From Alkalihalobacillus sp. NPDC127517 (GTDB taxonomy: Bacteria > Bacillota > Bacilli > Bacillales > Bacillaceae_D), in assembly GCA_050276055.1 (NCBI GenBank), contig JBNNQX010000002.1: a stretch of 32,000 nt of DNA. One strand, written 5' to 3'. Under the pieces are notes generated by a model. The model saw only the letters and a list, made by a program, of their open reading frames with translations, searched no databases and was not told the origin of the DNA. Position numbers and translations under genes: made by a program. Positions 29,727-32,000 of this stretch are shown here, one piece after another. Positions within the stretch are counted from its first letter, which is position 1; each line of letters starts with the position of its first letter.

Positions 29727-29804
29727 ATTGCCTCCTAGTTTATATTTTTTTCGATATAGGGTCCACCAACCATCATCCAATCGCATCACCTCCTTTAAAA
29801 ATAC

Positions 29805-30066
29805 AAAAAACCCCGTCCATAAAAGGACGAGGTTTCCGTGGTACCACCTTTGTTAACAACTAAAAAGCCATTCACTTCCGTACGGAGAATCAAATAAGTA
29901 CTCGATACGTTTCAAAGTGGTAACGGGTCGAAACACCCGGCTACGTCTACTTTCCGTTCAACGTAGCAACTCAGAAGCCCATTCCACATAAGGAGGAGAT
30001 TGGTTCGCACCACCCACCAACTCTCTTAACACCTCATCTTCTGTGTACTTACTCTTCTTCAACGCT
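29805..30066 (-). promoter_or_regulatory. T-box riboswitch leader with a Trp (UGG) specifier
   Basis: The following are read on the minus strand. Stem I carries a GA/K-turn region (GAAGAAGAGUAAGUAC), an AGAGAG box and a distal loop UGGUGCGAA. The specifier region is UAUGUGGAAUGGGC, with UGG at 29986-29984 or 29981-29979. An F-box CCGUUA is present. The T-box sequence is AACAAAGGUGGUACCACGG (29854-29836). The terminator is AAACCUCGUCC-UUUUAU-GGACGGGGUUUUUU (to 29805). Confidence 0.85.
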
Positions 30067-30077
30067 TTTGATATACA

Positions 30078-30797
30078 TTATTCGCTTAAATCAACATTAT
30101 GGTACACTTGCTGAACATCTTCTAAATCCTCAAGCGCATCAATTAGTTTTTCAAATTGATCTTTGAATTCTTCTGGAATGGCCACATCGTTTTGTGCAAG
30201 CATCGTTAATTCAGCTACAGAGAATTCACTAACACCCGCGTTTTTAAGGACCTCTTGGACCGCATGGAATTGTTCAGGCTCTGCATATACAATCACCGTT
30301 TCATCTTCGGCAACGATATCCTTCACATCAACATCTTCTTCCATCATCAGCTCTAGTACGTCATCTTCTGTTTTTCCTTCTACACCGATAACCGATGCTG
30401 CATCAAACATGTAAGCAACTGAACCGCTCACTCCCATGTTTCCGCCGTTTTTACCAAATGCCGCACGAACATCAGATGCTGTCCGGTTTACATTGTTTGT
30501 TAATGTATCTACAATGATCATTGAACCATTTGGTCCAAACCCTTCATAACGAAGTTCATCGTAATTCTCATCTGAACCGCCTTTAGCTTTTTCAATCGCA
30601 CGGTCAATAATTGCTTTTGGTACATTATATGTTTTCGCACGTTCTAGAACGACCTTTAACGCTTGGTTAGACTCTGGATCTGGTTCCCCTTGCTTGGCAG
30701 CTACATAGATCTCTCGACCAAACTTGGCATAAATTCGACTTGTGTTTGCATCCTTTGATGCTTTTTTTTCTTTAATATTATTCCATTTGCGTCCCAT
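30078..30797 (-). CDS. yeeI: YebC/PmpR-family transcriptional/translational regulator (YeeI-type paralogue)
   Basis: [47 protein letters not shown] matches the recalled YeeI-type N-terminus. An alternative GTG at 30806 (adding MFN) has better SD spacing (AAGGG plus 7 nt), so the start is uncertain by 9 nt. Confidence 0.88.
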   Translation of the reverse strand: MGRKWNNIKEKKASKDANTSRIYAKFGREIYVAAKQGEPDPESNQALKVVLERAKTYNVPKAIIDRAIEKAKGGSDENYDELRYEGFGPNGSMIIVDTLTNNVNRTASDVRAAFGKNGGNMGVSGSVAYMFDAASVIGVEGKTEDDVLELMMEEDVDVKDIVAEDETVIVYAEPEQFHAVQEVLKNAGVSEFSVAELTMLAQNDVAIPEEFKDQFEKLIDALEDLEDVQQVYHNVDLSE

Positions 30798-30830
30798 ATT
30801 GAACACTCGCTTTCCCTTAAACTCACTTTT

Positions 30831-30860
30831 ATCATATCCTAATTCTTAGGGTTCTGACAA
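30831..30860 (-). promoter_or_regulatory. SigA-type promoter candidate (TTGTCA-18 nt-TATGAT) for the yebC-like gene
   Basis: On the minus strand TTGTCA lies at 30860-30855, the spacer is 18 nt and TATGAT lies at 30836-30831. Confidence 0.45.
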
Positions 30861-30899
30861 GGTTTTAACGATGTCACCGAGAAGTATTTGTAAAATGCT

Positions 30900-30925
30900 G
30901 TTTTTAATTGGTATGAAAAGGGTAT
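30900..30925 (+). promoter_or_regulatory. SigB-like promoter candidate (GTTTTT-14 nt-GGGTAT)
   Basis: GTTT lies at 30900-30903 and GGGTAT at 30920-30925, about 40 nt upstream of the small membrane-protein gene. The -35 match is partial. Confidence 0.35.
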
Positions 30926-30964
30926 ATTCGGTAAAGAATTGAGTGAGCTTATTAGGAGTGGATC

Positions 30965-31258
30965 ATGATGAAAAAAGTAGAAATTAAAAAATTCGGCATT
31001 GGTAGTGTCCTAAAAAGTACGATCTATTTATATTTCATTCCAATTGTCTTTATCGTTCTTATTTTTGTTTTTGCGATCATTATCGGTGCAATTCAAGATG
31101 GGGCAGTAGCCTTTATGTCAATCCCAATTATGATATTTATGCTCATTTTGTATACCGCCCTGTACGCCGGCATCATTGCACTAATGACGCTTATCTACAA
31201 CTGGCTAGCTGGTAAGTTCGGAGGATTAGTCGTGTCAATTGAGGAAAAAGAAGAATAA
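30965..31258 (+). CDS. Small integral membrane protein (97 aa, 2-3 TM)
   Basis: An AGGAG SD precedes the ATGATG. There are two long hydrophobic segments, and a terminator follows. Confidence 0.6.
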   Translation: MMKKVEIKKFGIGSVLKSTIYLYFIPIVFIVLIFVFAIIIGAIQDGAVAFMSIPIMIFMLILYTALYAGIIALMTLIYNWLAGKFGGLVVSIEEKEE

Positions 31259-31294
31259 AAAAACGGACGCATGATATCGTGCGTCCATTTTTTT
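31257..31294. terminator. Intrinsic terminator between convergent genes
   Basis: A 9-bp stem forms between ggacgcatg and cgtgcgtcc with a 4-nt loop, flanked by A7 upstream and T7 downstream. Confidence 0.7.
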
Positions 31295-31301
31295 AGTTAA
31301 C

Positions 31302-32000
31302 TTAACCAGTAATCCTGTCTAGTTTTTGATCATCCTCAAGAACAAGATCGGCGGTTAATTGACCAGACAATGTCACCATTGGTACCCCTCCACCTGGATG
31401 AGTTGAGCCTCCAACGAAGTAAAGGTTTTTAAGAAGTTGACTACGACTTGGAATTTTGAAACCACCATTTGTCTTCTTGTTAGCAGCGACACCATAGATT
31501 GAGCCTCCATTTGAGCCATATAGGCGATTAAGATCATTTGGAGTAAACGTATATTCAAATTCAATATGATCTCGAATGTTTTTGAGTCCGTTTCGCTCAA
31601 GCTTAGATAGAACAACCTCTCTATACTCCTCTTTAAACGTAGACCAATCATCACCTGGTTTAAGCGGTGGTACATGCGTTAAGATAAAGTGATTTTCTTT
31701 GCCAACTGGTGCGTGCGTGACATCTGACTTAGACGAAATGCCAATATAAATGGTTGGATCATCAGCTGGTCTTTTTTCATCAAAAATTTGTTTGAACTCA
31801 AGCTTTGGATCTTTAGAGAAAAAGAAATTGTGATGAGCAAGCTGAGGATACGTCTGGTCCATCCCTAGTAATAGGACTAATCCTGAGACACTTGGCTCAA
31901 ATGATTGTAGTTTTTTTACCTCTTGTTTCGCTTGATTTGAATCTGGTACGAGCGTTTCATAAGCTGGAATGACTTCAAGGTTTGAAATAATAATATCACC
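31302..32000 (-). CDS. Phytoene/diapophytoene desaturase-family FAD oxidoreductase (CrtN/CrtI/CrtP-like), C-terminal part; the 5' end lies outside the window
   Basis: The C-terminal signature YFVGGSTHPGGGVPMV.LSG and the block PTIYI..SS.SD...AP.G are typical of CrtI-family desaturases. The frame stays open upstream of the track Met (GDIIISNLEVIPAYETLV...) to the window edge. Confidence 0.8.
   Translation of the reverse strand, partial: GDIIISNLEVIPAYETLVPDSNQAKQEVKKLQSFEPSVSGLVLLLGMDQTYPQLAHHNFFFSKDPKLEFKQIFDEKRPADDPTIYIGISSKSDVTHAPVGKENHFILTHVPPLKPGDDWSTFKEEYREVVLSKLERNGLKNIRDHIEFEYTFTPNDLNRLYGSNGGSIYGVAANKKTNGGFKIPSRSQLLKNLYFVGGSTHPGGGVPMVTLSGQLTADLVLEDDQKLDRITG

Overview
This window looks like a chromosomal segment from a low-GC Firmicute of the Bacillaceae. 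The evidence is Bacillus-type SD sequences, a T-box leader, SigA/SigB/SigD-like promoters, and cwlC, ytvI and yneR/yneT-parE-parC synteny. About 30 genes are supported. Left to right they are: gntK (5'-truncated), cwlC amidase, a small hypothetical, yneR-like, an M32 carboxypeptidase, a flavodoxin-fold protein, a MarC-family membrane protein, and an OpuF-type compatible-solute ABC importer (ATPase plus fused permease/binding protein). These are followed by yneT-like, parE, parC, a DksA/YteA-like protein, ytvI-like, motB and motA. A perfect SigD promoter then points at an orphan lipoprotein gene. Next comes a visibly AT-rich islet (about 18.1-20.4 kb) of small membrane-protein genes and decayed genes. 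After it lie katG with a Fur-family palindrome, a PadR-like regulator, a DrrAB-like ABC exporter and an orphan CUT1 sugar ABC importer with a cre site. The window ends with a T-box-controlled trpS of the Cys4 (putative Fe-S) type, a yebC/yeeI-like gene, a small membrane protein and the 3' part of a crtN/crtI-family desaturase. I saw no rRNA, tRNA, CRISPR array, transposase or integrase. I did not find a convincing multi-gene novel system. The best leads are the atypical Cys4 TrpRS with its leader, the SigD promoter with a long leader divergent from motAB, and the AT-rich islet with its structured non-coding segment. All calls rest on reading the sequence and ORF translations and on recalled family knowledge. 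No database search was run.
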